This document shows, piece after piece, positions 22,465 to 35,300 of a stretch of 64,000 nucleotides of DNA (positions are counted from its first letter, which is position 1; the number at the start of each line of letters is the position of its first letter). The notes beneath the pieces are model-generated. The model did no database searches and was not told the origin of the DNA. It saw only the letters and a program-made list of their open reading frames with translations. Both the position numbers and the translations under genes were made by a program. Source of the stretch: Asterias rubens (lineage: Eukaryota). The DNA lies in contig NC_047082.1 of NCBI RefSeq assembly GCF_902459465.1, positions 930,001-994,000 of the forward strand, in the 5' to 3' direction.

Positions 22465-25400
22465 TTACTCCTGTGGTTCTACCAGGAGCTCAAGCCTTGT
22501 AATATAACCAAGGGGCAAGTTTGGATTTGTGGAAAACATAGTCAAGTCCACGTAACCATTGATAAGTCGGTACTCGTCTTTTCCTTCATCCAATATTTCA
22601 AGGTCCCCAATGTACACTGTACCCTTAAACCAATAGTAAATCTCATTTCTTAACACTTCAATCGTCAGATTAGCTGGCCCTGAAGCGTCAACTTCGCATT
22701 CCCCAAAGGTCCCAATTGACTTGGAAATAAAGTCTGGTGTACCATCCGAAAGTACGTCGAATTTATGTGTGATCTTTGCTGGGGCGCCCTCTTGAAACCC
22801 ACGTGGAACGATGAACGCAATTACCGACTTATCTACGTAATAATTGTATGAGATAAGACCGATGTAAACTGCTTGATTGGTGAGGGCATACTTTGCAATG
22901 GTGACTCTATTGCTTAGGAATTGCTCATGGAATGGATCATTTGCCTGCAGATGGTGAACCAAAAGAAAGCCTTTCTTGTTGAAGTCGACATCGGCAAGAT
23001 GACGTTTCACGGCTGCCTCGACCATCTCCTCGTTCCGCCGTCTCCTAAGTGAGTTCATGACGCTACGGAAGGCACCAATAGAAAGGTTCTCAAATACTGA
23101 GTGGACTGTCACCACACTTGGATGGTCGAAGTTGTCAAAGTAAAGAAAGTCTTTGATGTCACCGTTGATGAGGTTCAGACCTGGACCTTCTTGTTCCAGG
23201 GAATTGATGAAGGTTTGCGATGCTTTGTACAGCGATCCCACACCCGGTATGTACTCCAGCAAAACACTGATGGTATTGGCGACATCATCTGAAACATTGA
23301 AGAAAAAGAATGGGAAGACAAATTATTGATTAGGTTTTAACCCGTTGCCCACCAACACAGTGCATTAAAGGAAGAAGTGAGAATTTAAAGCGATTGTATA
23401 CGTTTGGTAGTTGGAACCCACTGTTTGTTTTATTAATATTAAGTTGTTATAATACCATAAAACAACCCGTTAAGTTTTCATTTCAAAGGGAGAATATCTG
23501 TGACAGTTATGTCCACGCAGAAATAATAATCTGCAATTTAAATACACAATCTGAGAAGCGTTTCTGACATAATAAACGCTTCTCAGATTATTTTGATTTT
23601 TTTGTATAACTGATTTATTCTTTTCATAACCACTACAAAGTGAAATTTGTCTCAGAATGCTGTATACTATCAGAAGCTGCTGTACGTCGTCAAGTAATCT
23701 TGTATTAATCCATAATTTGAGTAAATGCTGGCCCAACGTACACCGACCCTTTAAAGGCGAAAGTGTAAACAAAAGTCGATGTCGTGTAAATTGCCCTGGA
23801 CGCTATCACGACCATTAAACTAATTGTCCCCATAGTCGAAAACTTGTAAATTGATATCACAATATGCCTGAGTTTGGGTCCTTCGTAAAAAGGCTATAAA
23901 TAATTCAGTTGATGCGACAGTCATTTTTAGTGCAACTAAAACTGTGCACTAATCATAAGTGTATATATAAATCTCTCATATTTGTTTTGCTTAGCCCAGA
24001 TAAAACTAAATAGAAAAGATGAAATGTTAGAGTGTATAAAAACGACAGTGTTGCTTTAAAATGGAGACTTGAAACTTGAATAAAGAAAAATGCCAAGGCA
24101 AAGATTTAATCATCAAAGGGAAATTCTCAACTCGGCGCGTAGGTCTCATGGGGTGCGTTGGGTCGGAGAAAAACATGTGCACTGTTGTTAATTGTGTTGT
24201 TAAGGTTGGTTCAAAGTGAAAACCTCTATCTCTATTGACCCATTTTACCTGACGTCATCATCAGAAAAAAATCTTGAATGCGCCATACTGGTGGGCAATT
24301 TCACTGTCCGTTTTTATATACAACTCTATGCTGTGCGTTATGCAGTGAAGTGTGTAATTTAGGCGACGCGGCGTTAATATACGTAAACATCAGTCGCCGC
24401 GTGTGACGCGCGTGCAAGGGGTCAATAGACGATGTGACCTCTGACGCCACTCGGAAACCATAACATGATTCGCACGCATACCGCCGGGCAAAACCTTTGT
24501 GTTTTGGCAGCAAGCTAGAAAGTGTATGCAATCTTACCATGACTACGCGTCTTTTTTCCCGGTGAAACATGACGTATACAGGGTTTTGTCAACAAAGGGC
24601 GGTTTGAACGTAATCATAGGTCACAACTTCTATATTTATTATTTGGTTTGCGGTAACACCGTGTGTACATATACTCGTCAGGTAGATTTTGTTAGAGAAC
24701 TGAATGATATATTCTACTACCGCGAAGTATATTTTCGGATTTCCGGAGACTTCTAAGTTCTGAAAAGACCTGTCCTGCTTTTTAACTACTACCTGGGCGA
24801 ATGGTAGAAAACCTCTTTCCCACCACTGAGATCTGTAGCCCATCCTTGTTTTGTTTTTCTAGAGGATAGTTTCATGGACCAGTGTGCCGAACCGGGGGCC
24901 AAATTCACAAAGTGAGATTGATCTTCACGGAAAAAGTAAGGCTTTTGGTTCCTGGAACCGTTCGATTGTTTGAATCCTATAGACCATGTGAACTTTGTTT
25001 ACTATAAGTGTTACCTTATACATTCTTTGAGTATTCTGGCAGGCAAGATACTGCACACTGGTCCTATGGGAAAGTTGACATTTTGTGTCATAATAAAACC
25101 AAGAGTTATGAAAGTAAACGCTGGACAGGTTTTGAGATGTGCCCCCTTTCATCATATCAAAAGTTGATAAGAATTAGACAGTGCAATCTCCATAAAATAA
25201 GATTTTCTGTTGTCTTCCATTGAGCTGTGTACAAATCGTGCCTGCAGGAAGTCCAGGCTCTGTGGCTCTTTTGTAAACATGTGATGTCACGGGTCACATC
25301 GTCCATAGGCCTACACAAACAAATAATGTATAAACGGTGCGTCCGTTTATCTGAGTCCTTTTGAAACGATATAGATTATAACGATTGTCATAACCGTGCA

Positions 25401-26074
25401 TCACTATTAGTAATTACTCAAAATAATTTCTAGCATAAAAACTTACTTGGTAACGAGTAATGGAGAGCTGTTGATGGTATAAAACATTGTGAGAAACGGC
25501 TCCCTCTGAAAATGTATTTTTCAAGAAAGAATTTATTTTCCACCAATTTGATTTCGAGACCTCAGATTTAGATTTCGTGGCTCTCGAAATCAATCATCTG
25601 AAAGCGCACAACTTCGTGTGACAAAGGTGTTTTTTCTTTCATTATTATCTCGCAACTTCAACGACCATTGAGCTCAAATGTTCACAGGTTTGTTATTTTT
25701 TTTGCATATGTTGAGATACACCAATTGGGAAGGCTGGTCTTTGACAATTACTAAAGGCGTCCAGTGTATTTAACCCATCTTCAACACAATTGTTACTGAA
25801 CCACAAGAAAATGGAATTTTTTTAATTTTTGTTTTATCTCACCGTCCACGTTGTCTGTACGCAGTGCCGACATCAGATTGTCCAAACGGGTCGTAATACT
25901 TTCTTTGATTGTCTCCAAGCCTTGAAGATCATCTTTGATTACATTAATGGCCGCCTGGACATCTCTGGTGTTGCTCACGCACACCGGGTTGGACGCAGTC
26001 GAGATAGCAGCCCCTCCGGTTACCGACAACACACCGGCAACTACCAACAACACAATACCAACAAATCGCTCCAT
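22465..26074 (-). CDS. Uncharacterised secreted protein (2 exons, about 351 aa)
   Basis: Exon 1 26074-25843 (signal peptide MERFVGIVLLVVAGVLSVTGG, then heptad-like helix; donor G|GTGAG, phase 1). Exon 2 23288-22465 (acceptor TTTCAG, phase 1, open to the stop). Total 1056 nt. No family recognised. Confidence 0.82.
25400..25772. mobile_element. Kolobok-like MITE family A
   Basis: Family A internal sequence, right TIR ending in TTAA, left TIR eroded. Confidence 0.75.
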
Positions 26075-26456
26075 ATCGCTGGAAAATCTCCAGATTTATC
26101 GTGTCAAACTGAAAAGAAAGCTCCCACAAACTTATTTTCAGTTGCACTCTCGTGTTTTCCCCTCAACAGTGTTGTGGATGATGGAACCTTACAAGTAAAT
26201 CGGGGCTCCCCGCCCGCCCCGCACGTTTTATTCCAGGACAAGCGCGGGGCCAATTAACATAAATGGGCGTATTTAAGACGCAACACGCGCACTGTAAGCC
26301 AATCAGGGGCAATCTCTTCTTGCCTTGGTATTAAACAATGGGTACGTCCACCATAGGTCAATGTGAGAATTACTGTCAAGGCCCTTTCCCACCCTTCATA
26401 TTCCAAACTCCCTTGCGGACATTTCATTTATACAGAAAAGGCATCACGAAGTAAAT

Positions 26457-26830
26457 GTATTTTGCTCCGTACCACGACGTTCCACTCCGTGGACTGGTAC
26501 CGGGCGATACCACTGCTTGCCCCCCATGGCCTTCTGCTCAAATCGTGTCCAAACACGTTCACTCGTAAGTTGATATCACCAGAGCAGGATAAATTAAATT
26601 ATTAAAAAATAACAATTTAAACTTTGCATGGTGATAGTAAGGTGTGCGGTAACATGGAGTGATGTATTTTACGCACTCCGTACCACGACGTTCCACTCCG
26701 TGGACTGGTACCGGGCGATACCCAAGCTTGCACCCTTGGCCTTTCTGCTCAAATCGTGTCCAAACACATTCACTGAACCATTGGGGTAAATTTATTTAAT
26801 AACAAGTAGAATTTCAAATTGTGCACGGTG
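26457..26830. repeat. Tandem duplication with a period of about 210 bp
   Basis: CTCCGTACCACGACGTTCCACTCCGTGGACTGGTACCGGGCGATACC...CTGCTCAAATCGTGTCCAAACAC occurs twice (about 26465 and about 26675). Confidence 0.85.
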
Positions 26831-26843
26831 GAAATACGATATA

Positions 26844-27186
26844 GTTAAAGGCACTTGGAGTATCTCAACATATGCATAAAATAACAAACCTGTGAAAATT
26901 TGAACTCAATGGGTCGTCGAAGTCGCAAAAAGAATAATGAAAGAAAAAACACCCTTGTCACACAAGTTGAGGGCTTTCAGATGCTTGACTTCGAGAGCTC
27001 AGCTGATCGAGGTCTCGAATTTAATTCAAATATTTCAGTGAGAAATTACTTCTACTCAAAAACAATGTTACTTCAGAGGGAGCCGTTTCTCACAATGGTT
27101 TATACTATCAACATCTCTCCATTGCTCGTTACCAAGTAAGGTTTTTTTGCCAACAATTATTTTGAGTAATATTACCATCCAGTGCC
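26844..27186. mobile_element. Kolobok-like MITE family A, divergent
   Basis: TTAAAGGCAC start and family A internal sequence. Confidence 0.7.
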
Positions 27187-28012
27187 TGGGTTTGCAGTAA
27201 CACCATGTATACTGATAATCTCTAATAGAGTTGGGGGTAGTTCTAAAAAGAACCGTTCGTTTCAACTCAACGTTTCGATCAATAGTATGCTCTGATCGTC
27301 TTCTGGAGAAAGGCACTTTATTTACATTTAGTTTGTATTTATTCCACCATTGACTGTTTTTGGTTCGGTGCATACTTTGGTTTCATTGCAACACGACTTG
27401 CTTCAACAAGTTAACCAATGCTACTTGGTTCTTATGTAGATCACACATCCAGTAATATATAATTTTGTTGGATACGTCTGTTGACCCTTTTGAGGAGTAA
27501 TGTTCTGGTGTCCTTCCCAGTATTAACTCGTACGTGGAAAGGACACGAGAAAATTACCCAACATGATAATTCATTGTGTTGTTTCGTTCGTTCACTTGTT
27601 CCTTTTGTTTTGTCATCACGGGAAACCGACACTACTATTCCTTTATTATTTAAAAAGGGTAATCTATACACATTTAAATGATGAAAACAAATAAACCATC
27701 GTTTTATAATTTTGTTTTGCTTTAATAAATTTCTCTTTGAGTAAATAACAGAAATATTATGATTATAGAAAACCATTCCTTAACATGTTTTACCAGTTTA
27801 TTACTGATAGAGTATTTATTTTGGAAGCATAATATCACACAAGGATGAGAATATACTAAAATATAGGTAATCTACAGATTGTTGTTAAAGCAAACGCTGG
27901 GTCGTGGGTTTGAATCCTGACCAAAAAACATATTTGGATTGTTTTTTTCATTCCGGAAATTAATGAGTGCACAGTGTTTATATCAGATATCTCTATCAGA
28001 GAGAGGTATATA

Positions 28013-28239
28013 CTAGACTTGTGGACAAGTCGTTAAATCGGTCCCACGCGGTGAAATAGTCGAGTTGTGGCGGTGCTCCCGCGAGATCACTGCTCTCGCG
28101 CGAACTGCTGGCTGCCGAATGAGGAGTAGAAATCGGGCAGCCAGCAATTCGCGCGAGAGCAGTGATCTCGCGAGATTACCGCCACAACTCGACTATGTCA
28201 CCGCGTGGGACCTTTTTAACGACTTGTCCACAAGTCTAG
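28013..28239. mobile_element. Long palindromic (foldback) MITE
   Basis: Arms of about 105 bp, CTAGACTTGTGGACAAGTCG...GCTGGCTGCCGA / TCGGGCAGCCAGC...CGACTTGTCCACAAGTCTAG, with a loop of about 14 nt, in a TATA context. Confidence 0.8.
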
Positions 28240-28962
28240 GTATATACATGTAAGTTGCGATTAGAAGCTGTTCTGTGTCCCCAAACGTATGGAGAATACT
28301 GGGTGCCAGACTAGTCTGCCTATTGGGTTGTGGTGCATTTTGACTAGTTTCTTAGTCAGCCTAACCAAGGTGGGTCAGAGCTGACCTAGAATTGTGTGTC
28401 GGGCTCTCTGGCACCCAGTTCACTCCTGAAAGCTACAAACGAAAATTCAGAATTTTAACCACAATTCCAAATTGTATGGAGCTGCTTAAGTGCAACAATT
28501 AGCGAAGCACACCATGTATGCTTTAACACCACAAACAGCTTTTTTGCATGTAGTATCTGTGACTGGTTTTCAGCTTTTTGTTGATTAACACAAGTTTGTA
28601 ACGCAACTTGTTCTGCTTTAAGCAGATCTGTGAAATTGGGCACAGCTACCGAGTCAACCTGACCCTTCAATGGGTCATGGTAATTGTGAAATGGGTCCCC
28701 CCCCCCCAAAGTGAGTTTATCCGGGAGTTTAAAGGAGTAAACAAAAACAACAACTCTTAAAAAACACAGCACACATGCAAACATGCATGGACAAAGGACA
28801 AACACATCAAAAGAACAACTGAAGATTAGAGCGTATTGTTAAATACAGTTGCTCGTTGTTATGCGAGGTATGACATTAGCTTGGAATAATTCAAATGTTT
28901 TGGTCCTGTTTCGGAAAAGTGTTTGAAAACATTTTTCAAGGTTTCAAGGGATACGCTTCCGT

Positions 28963-29804
28963 TTAATTCACTGGATCTTCAAATGCCACAAGCCTTGTAA
29001 TATCACCTAGGGGAAAGTTTGGATTTAGAGAATACATAGTCAAATCCATGTAACCATTGATGAGTCGATACTCTTTTTTTTCCTCACCACCCAATATTTC
29101 AAGGTCCCCAATGAACACCGTACCGGTAAACCAATAATAAGTCTCATCCCTTAACATTTCAATCGCAAACTGGTCTGGATTTGAAGCGTCAATTTCACTC
29201 TTCCCAAATGTCCCCGGTGCCTTGACAATATGGTCTCGTGAACCATCAACAGTATAGTCAAACTTATACGTGACCTTTACTGGGGCGCCCTCTATAAACC
29301 CATTTGGAATAAAGACCGAGAATGCAGACTTGGTTACGTAAGTTTCGTATGAAATAAGGCCCAGATAAACAGCACTCTTTGTGAGGGCATACTTTGCAAT
29401 GGCGACTCTATTGCTTAGGAATCTGTTGTGGAATGGATCATTTGCCTTTAGATGGTGAACCAACAGAAAGCCTTTCTTATTGAAGTCGACATCAGCAAGA
29501 TGACGTTTCACGGCTGCCTCGACCCTCTCCACTCTCCTCCTTGTTCGACACGCGTCCCATGAGCGAGTTCAGGACGCTATACGGAAGGCATCATCAGAAA
29601 GGTCCTCAAAAACAGAGTGGACTGTCACCATACGTGGGTTGTCGAAGTTGTCGAAGTAAAGAAAGTCTTTGATGTTACCGCCGATGACGTTCAGACCTAG
29701 ACCTTCTTGCTCCAGGGAATTGATGAAGGTTTGCGATGCTTTGTACAGCGATCCCACACCCGGTATGTACTCCAGCAAAACACTGATGGTATTGGCGACA
29801 TCAT
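28963..29804 (-). pseudogene. Disrupted tandem duplicate of exon 2 of the secreted-protein gene
   Basis: Same acceptor and N-terminal text (DDVANTISVLLEYIPGVGSLYKASQTF) as 23288-22465. A 2-nt insertion near 29580 and a compensating shift near 29535 put a TGA (29571-29569) in frame. No intact signal exon was found upstream, although promoter-like homology persists at about 30215-30310. Confidence 0.75.
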
Positions 29805-30456
29805 CTGAAACAAAGCAGGGGATATGACAAATTTACTTCTTTTTTGGTTTTGTTTTTAGTAAGATTTTATCACACCAAATAAGCAATTGGCATACAAAGA
29901 GCTCTTATTGTTATTAAAACAATACCGATGTATGATTCTTAAAGGAACATTACAGGGTTTTTTTCTTCTCATCAAAACAGTTTAAACTGACAATGTCGGC
30001 ACTTTATGTAATCCACCATAATACATAAACTGACAAACCAGTAGAAGTTTGAGATCGATCGGCCATCTGGCTGGGTCACGAGAAAAATGTTCGCTGGAAA
30101 AAACTCGTAAAAACTGGGGAAAAACAACTCAAGTTTTCCACCTCTTCCGATTTGGATGACAATCACAGAATGGAGTGTCGAACTCTGCAAAAGAACAGTT
30201 CGGAGCATCTTGTCCACAGTTTTTATTCATAGACAAGCGGTGGCCAGTTAACATATAAATGGGCGTTTTAAAACGCACCGGCGTACTGTTAGCCAATCAA
30301 AGGCATCCCTCCTTGACTTAGCAGACCATCGCTGAAAACTGTCAAGGTCCTTTTTTTCAACCTTGTAAATTCAAATTACCTTGGCACTTGTTTTGTATGA
30401 ACTACAGAAAAGTATCCATGAACAGTTGATTTCATACCTTAAAGTCATATTTAATC

Positions 30457-30820
30457 TGAAAGGCAGTGGACACTATTGATAATTACTCAAAATAATTATA
30501 GCATAAAACCTTACTTGGTAACAAGTAATGGGGAGAGGTTGATATAAAACATTGTGAGAAACGGCTCCCTCTGAAGTAATTCGCAGTTTTCGGATAGAAG
30601 TAATTTTCCACGAACTTGATTTCGAGACCTCAAGTTTAGAATTTGAGGTCTCGAAATCAAGCATCTGAAAGCGCACAACTTCGAGTGACACTGTTTTTTT
30701 CTTTCATGGTTATCTTGCAAATTTCCACAGGTTTTTTATTATTTTTATTCATATGTTGAGATACACCAAGTGAGGAGACTGGTCTTTGACAATTATACCA
30801 ATAGTGTCCAGTGTCTTTAA
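30457..30820. mobile_element. Kolobok-like MITE family A
   Basis: AAGGCAGTGGACACTATTG ... CAATAGTGTCCAGTGTCTTTAA. Confidence 0.8.
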
Positions 30821-31167
30821 GTATTGAACTGCCCTTGTAGCTTTCCAGTTTTTCCTCTGGAGAGAACGCCGTGACGTTTCGTGCCAAGCACGGCACTGCC
30901 CCTGCGCAGCGAGGGGGCTTCTTTGGTTGCAAGGCCCCTGTGGCCATTGTTTAGCACCTGTTTAAGAAGGTTGTTTTTCCCCCAAAGTTAAGAGCATGAA
31001 TTTTTTTTCCGACGTCTTTTTGTTTGTCTGAGTGTGTTGTTAACAATCCCAGGTTATGATTGCATAGATTTAGGTAATTATTTGCTCGCAAAAATGCTTT
31101 AAATTGATTAATCTAACATTGTTATTGCCATCGATGATGTATATATGATGTACACGACTTCAGTAAA

Positions 31168-31571
31168 GGGCGGTGCTGGTGTCAGATGCAATTATGTCCG
31201 CCATGCAATACTGTCCGCTCCGGACACTTTTGCATATGCAATCGTGTCCGGGGCTATGCAAAAACCGTCCGGCAGACGTGTACATGACTGTACATGTGAG
31301 CGCGTGAATATTCACACGTATTTTATGATTGCAGCGAATACCCAACGGCCGAACATTTCCCATGTCATTCATGACATGCACTTAGCTTGTAAACAAATGG
31401 CGAACGAGTTCCGTCGACCATGGGCATTTAATTGCACGGGGGCGGACACAGCAAGTGCAAATGTGTCCGGGCGGACACAATTGCATTAAGCAAAACCGTC
31501 CGGCGAACATTATTGCATATGCAATCATGTTCTCCGGATAGTATTGCATAGAGGACATTGACACCGCCCCC
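31168..31571. mobile_element. Non-autonomous DNA-transposon-like element with GC-rich subterminal repeats
   Basis: Termini GGGCGGTG..GTGTCA / TGACACCGCCCC; repeated GTCCG and GCATATGCAAT motifs in both orientations. Confidence 0.55.
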
Positions 31572-32316
31572 TTCCTCCACTTAAACTCTAAGCCACGCCC
31601 ACCCACTGTTGTTGTTGTTGTTTTTTCTTTTCATTTCATGGTCTACCATTATGTTATTCATTATTTGTGTTTCACTTTCTCGCGATATTTATACCGTCAG
31701 CAACAACTCAGAAGAAAAAAAGCAGGAGCACATCAATAAACAAAAAACGACATTTTTAAGGTCCGCACAATAATTTTCATTATTTAGTTTTCTTTCCCCG
31801 TGATTTAATTTATAGTTTCACTGTTAGACATTCATTGCACATCTAATTCATTCATCGTTTTGCTTCGTTTTGCTTATTGTTCGGTTTAATTTTTAACAAA
31901 ATAAACTAAAAGTGATTCATTTTGACACGTACTTCGACTCGAGCCTCTGCACACAAAAATAAACATTGGGAAATTCACTGGTCCCGTACCATTTAAGTAC
32001 CAGTTAACACAGTAATGTGTGTATGTGTGTGTTTATAAAGCCTTTACGAAATTACGGCTTCTGGATTCTGTGTCAGGATCCGTCCTGTCGTCTGCTGGAG
32101 CCTTGAGTGCGCACATGCAAATAATTCGAAATAACCGCGGGGCCGAGCCCAAAGCCAAAGCCGTGGTTTCGAAAAGGGCTCATGAAAACATTTGCAGCAG
32201 ACGACGCGACATCGGTAGGGCAACTTTCGGCCACAATTTTCCAGATAAATTATGTATTTTAGAAGGGAAAACACACACTCAAGTACTCCTTGAAGTCGAA
32301 ATTACATGCCATGGGT

Positions 32317-35300
32317 ATGGAAGAAGAAATTGTTCCAAAAGCTTCGTCGAAAAAGGTGAGGAAAATATTATTTTGTTGTGTTTTCAGTCTCGACTCTCGA
32401 CGACTATTCGATATTAAAAACAAAATGGCCGATTTACATTGTAGCCCGTGGCGTAAGTGTAAAACAACATTCACAAATTCAACGCGTATCACTTTTTTTG
32501 TAGTATTTGGAGACTAGAAAATATCTGCATTCGGAAGTTAAATAATAAAGCTAGGCACGGTATCTGTCAGATATTACGGGTTGGCCATTTAAGTTAACGA
32601 ACAAAGCGACCACACCCAACTGCTTTATCAACAGTTACCGTTGCTCAGACTGCATCTGTTTCGTGAAAAAATGTTTGACATCTGAAATGAGACCTTGGAA
32701 AAATTTTACGTCGCCACCATAATTTTTTTCTCTCTTTTTTTTCTGGATGTATATATGCGTTAACCCTTCTTCTAAGGTAAGAAAAAAATTCAGTGGTTTT
32801 GGAGTTAATTAACGGCGGATAAATTGGTGGCGACGACCGGAAGATTACCCGAGACCTTGACGAGAATGTTTTGAAGGATTATGACAATAGGGTTTGAGCA
32901 ATGTTGTTACCATATAATGGTTGTGCTTTGTTGAAAGATTGGTAGTTGGGTTAGCAAAAAATATTTGTGTTCCCGATTTTTCAGATTAACAAACTTTACT
33001 GTTTGTCAAATTCACTTGTTAAGTTGTTGTTTATTTTATAACTTGTTCAAATGTTAAGCCTTGGTGAACAGTGGAATTTACTACTCGACTAGGTTACGCC
33101 TCAAATAGTTGCGAATTCGACACTTGTCACAACTTATTATTAACTCCCAAGATGCATTGCGTTTTTTTGCGGCATATTGTTTGCCGCGGCGCAGGCACAA
33201 TATAACAAAATTTGTGCTGAAAACGATTGAAAGGTTGTGTCACTGTTGTTTGATTGTGTTTCATAAGTAATTTATGTTCTTATGAGCGACACATTGGTTC
33301 ACCAAACAGGGAGGCACAACTTTTCTTTAAGTAGTCACGTCGCGACTATTTTGTTTGTAGTCATGGTTGACACGATCGACTCGACTAAGCAGTCAATAGT
33401 CTCGACTACGATACAACACTAGTCACCCAGGCTTGACCATAACATTGTCGTACTTTGTGTTTTGTCATCATCAGCAAGGAGGGCTAAAGGGTCTTTTCAA
33501 CAAAGACAAAGACAAGGGTCGTGCCCCCAATCGAGGCTCCCAGGAAAATCCTGTGCAGTTGCAGCATCACAGCATGCCGGAAAATCGGCGAGCTTTAAAG
33601 ACTGCCGAGTTCACTCCACCTGAGTACAAGGTTGATCCACAGCTACTTATCGATAGCTTCATTGAAATCGCAATCAAGGTATTACTATTAAACAAAGTTA
33701 ACACTTTTCAAAAAAATATTTCCCCCATCAATTTCTCGCAACTCCGATGACCAATTGAGCTCAAATTTTCACAGGCTTGTTATTTTATGCTTATGTTGAG
33801 ATACACCAAGTGAGGACACTGGTCTTTGACAATTACCAAATGTGTACCTTCCCTTTAACCATTTGTTGCATAAATACCATCGGTTGGTAAGTTGTTTGCA
33901 ACAGCTAATTCTATTTCTCATTAATTTGTCTTGTCAGTTTCTAGGCATTATACCCAAGGTGTCCTATGGCCTGGATCCAACAAAGAGAACTGAGCTGCTT
34001 CGAATCATTGATAAAGCCAAGGTAATAATAATAATTATACTGTGTTCTGATACAGCGCTTTATCACATCCCTAAGGGCATATCAAAGCGCTCAGTATTTT
34101 GTCCTGCAAGTTTTGTGGAGCTACGTTTTTGAAGTATGAGACCTATGTAATGGTTTACAAGGTGCTGTGGCACAATATGCAGCTGTTCTAACAATAAGTG
34201 CACTGGGTTCTTTTAAATTTTGTTCAATAACCCCAAACCCACCCCTAACCTCAAAACCACAATCCTCTTACCCCTCACATATTTTTGTCTTTTTCTCTTT
34301 TGTATGAAGAAACAAGGCTTGCTTCCATGGAGCACCAGAGAGACCAAGTATGATGCAATCTTATCCGTATCAGCCAGACAGATGAAAATAGTCAGGAGAG
34401 ATGGTGAGGTAAGCACTTGTAGCAGTTGGTCATACTACTAAGTAAATGCCTTATAATAATAGTTGCTTCTTATAAAAGTGGATTCATATTTTTCTGCAAG
34501 GTATGTGGGACTACATTTGAATTATGAGATCTACTCCTTTTACATAGCATGATGTAATGCTCCACAAGGTGATGTGGTGCAATATGCTGCCAATCAAACC
34601 AGAAAAACCAGCGCGAACCCCTTTCTCTTTTCAATAAGTGCAGAGGGTTGTTCTTTTACATGCAGTGCACAAAATACAGGACTAGCTGCTTTATGTCCTA
34701 TTCGAAGGACAAAGCATTATGGTTAAGTGTATTGCTCAAGGTGTCTCGGCTTGGACTCAAAGCCACACCCTGCTGATCAGAAACATCAGAGCTTCCGTCT
34801 GGTGCTCTTAACCGCTCGGCCATGATACGCTTTAATGCAAATCAGTTTTCAAGATTGCTCTCACAGTTCGGGAACTTGACACTACTAAAGTTTTGTTAAC
34901 CACCCTTTAGGAGACGTTAGTGAGGCTTCCTATCCATGACATTGCTGCAGTGAGTTACATCAGAGACGACGGTCAGCACCTAGTCGTTTTCAAAATCGGT
35001 GAGTCTTGATCTAAAATTCGGTAGAGTCGACCCAGATCTCTCTCTCCCTCATCATCATCATCAAGTTCGGTTTTAAGGCCATTGTCCAGTCTGTTCCGGG
35101 TCGGCCTGCTTTCTCCCTATGGCTCTCCTCCACCTTGCCCTGTCCGTCGCTTCCCTTGCATCGACTCCAAGCTGTGCATGTCATTTGACACTGAGCTCTG
35201 CCAGGTCTTGCGCGGTCAGCCAAGATGTTGGTACACCTCTTGATGACCCAAACCACCTAAGCCTGTGCCTCCTCAATACGGTGCGGATCCCCTCCACTCC

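Noticed and set aside
29569-29571. In-frame TGA as possible selenocysteine or programmed readthrough
   Set aside because: It is explained by two compensating indels. The paralog has no Cys at this site, the residues around the TGA are off-frame text, and no SECIS was identified.
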